Sequence record: SRR22947725_4838
Strand: one strand, 5' to 3'
DNA: 36,940 bases
Of the stretch, positions 36,514 through 36,940 are shown piece by piece; within the stretch, counting starts at the first letter, position 1, and each line of letters opens with the position of its first letter. A program made the position numbers and the translations under genes. Under the pieces are notes generated by a model. It ran no database searches, was not told where the DNA came from, and saw only the letters and a list, made by a program, of their open reading frames with translations.

Positions 36514-36940
36514 ATGTTGAAACGCATTAGCCGTCATCCATTCAGGTTTACAGGGAAATTCATTCACCTCTTCACCACGATGACATGCGCTGGACTGGAT
36601 GCCGCTCAGTTAAATTTCAGAAAAAAACTCACTTTACGGCAAAAAAACCAGTGGCAATCAAAATGGAGTCGAAACATTCTCATGGCATTGGGGATTCAAG
36701 TCCGTTTTGAGGGCTCCCCTCCCAGCAAAGGGATGCTGGTGGCAAATCATCTTAGCTACGTGGATATCATGGCAATCAGCTATGTAGTGCCGGCCACATT
36801 CCTGAGCAAAGCCGAAGTACGCAAATGGCCTTTGATTGGTTTTTTGACACAATTCGCAGGCACTCTTTTCGTACGCAGAGAGCGAAAAAGTGATTTGCAC
36901 GCCTTGACGGAGACCTTCTCGAGAGTGTGGAAGGAAGATT
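36514..36940 (+). CDS. Lysophospholipid acyltransferase (PlsC/OlsA-like), partial, runs off the window end
   Basis: Not in the ORF track because there is no stop in the window. ATG 36514 follows AAAGGAG. Manual translation gives MLKRISRHPF...GMLVANHLSYVDI...FLSKAEVRKWPLIG...GTLFVRR, with the NHxSxxD acyltransferase motif. Confidence 0.9.
   Translation, partial: MLKRISRHPFRFTGKFIHLFTTMTCAGLDAAQLNFRKKLTLRQKNQWQSKWSRNILMALGIQVRFEGSPPSKGMLVANHLSYVDIMAISYVVPATFLSKAEVRKWPLIGFLTQFAGTLFVRRERKSDLHALTETFSRVWKED

Noticed and set aside
36658..36900. 80-aa minus-strand ORF at the window end
   Set aside because: Antisense shadow of the plus-strand acyltransferase that starts at 36514.
1..36940. CRISPR array, tRNA/rRNA genes, integrase, transposase or prophage genes
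   Set aside because: By eye I found no regularly spaced direct repeats, no cloverleaf or rRNA-like segments and no mobile-element protein motifs.

Overview
This 36.9 kb window is chromosomal DNA from a free-living bacterium of moderate GC content. The organism is most likely in the PVC superphylum (Verrucomicrobiota or Planctomycetota-like). That is an inference from the gene repertoire: a prepilin-type H-X9-DG protein, DUF1080, a ThuA-like protein, a Tat-exported Gfo/Idh/MocA enzyme, a sulfatase, a lamin-tail protein and a Rieske plus cytochrome b/c fusion. About 35 protein-coding genes are present, mostly metabolic, transport and envelope functions in short operons. There is also one frameshifted serine-protease-like pseudogene, two clear intrinsic terminators and a few unexplained non-coding gaps. 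I saw no rRNA, tRNA, CRISPR array, integrase, transposase or prophage. Most notable observations: (1) a Rieske/cytochrome b-dihaem c complex whose fourth b-haem ligand His is replaced by Arg; (2) a DUF4956-VTC operon whose third gene is a stand-alone lamin-tail protein rather than a CotH kinase; (3) a biotin-domain-less carboxyltransferase flanked by an ICL/PEP-mutase-family lyase and a dicarboxylate symporter; (4) a PmtA/OlsG-like methyltransferase divergent from an OlsA/PlsC-like acyltransferase that the ORF track missed; (5) a signal-less ApbE next to a Tat oxidoreductase. All family calls come from motif recognition by eye, not from database searches.
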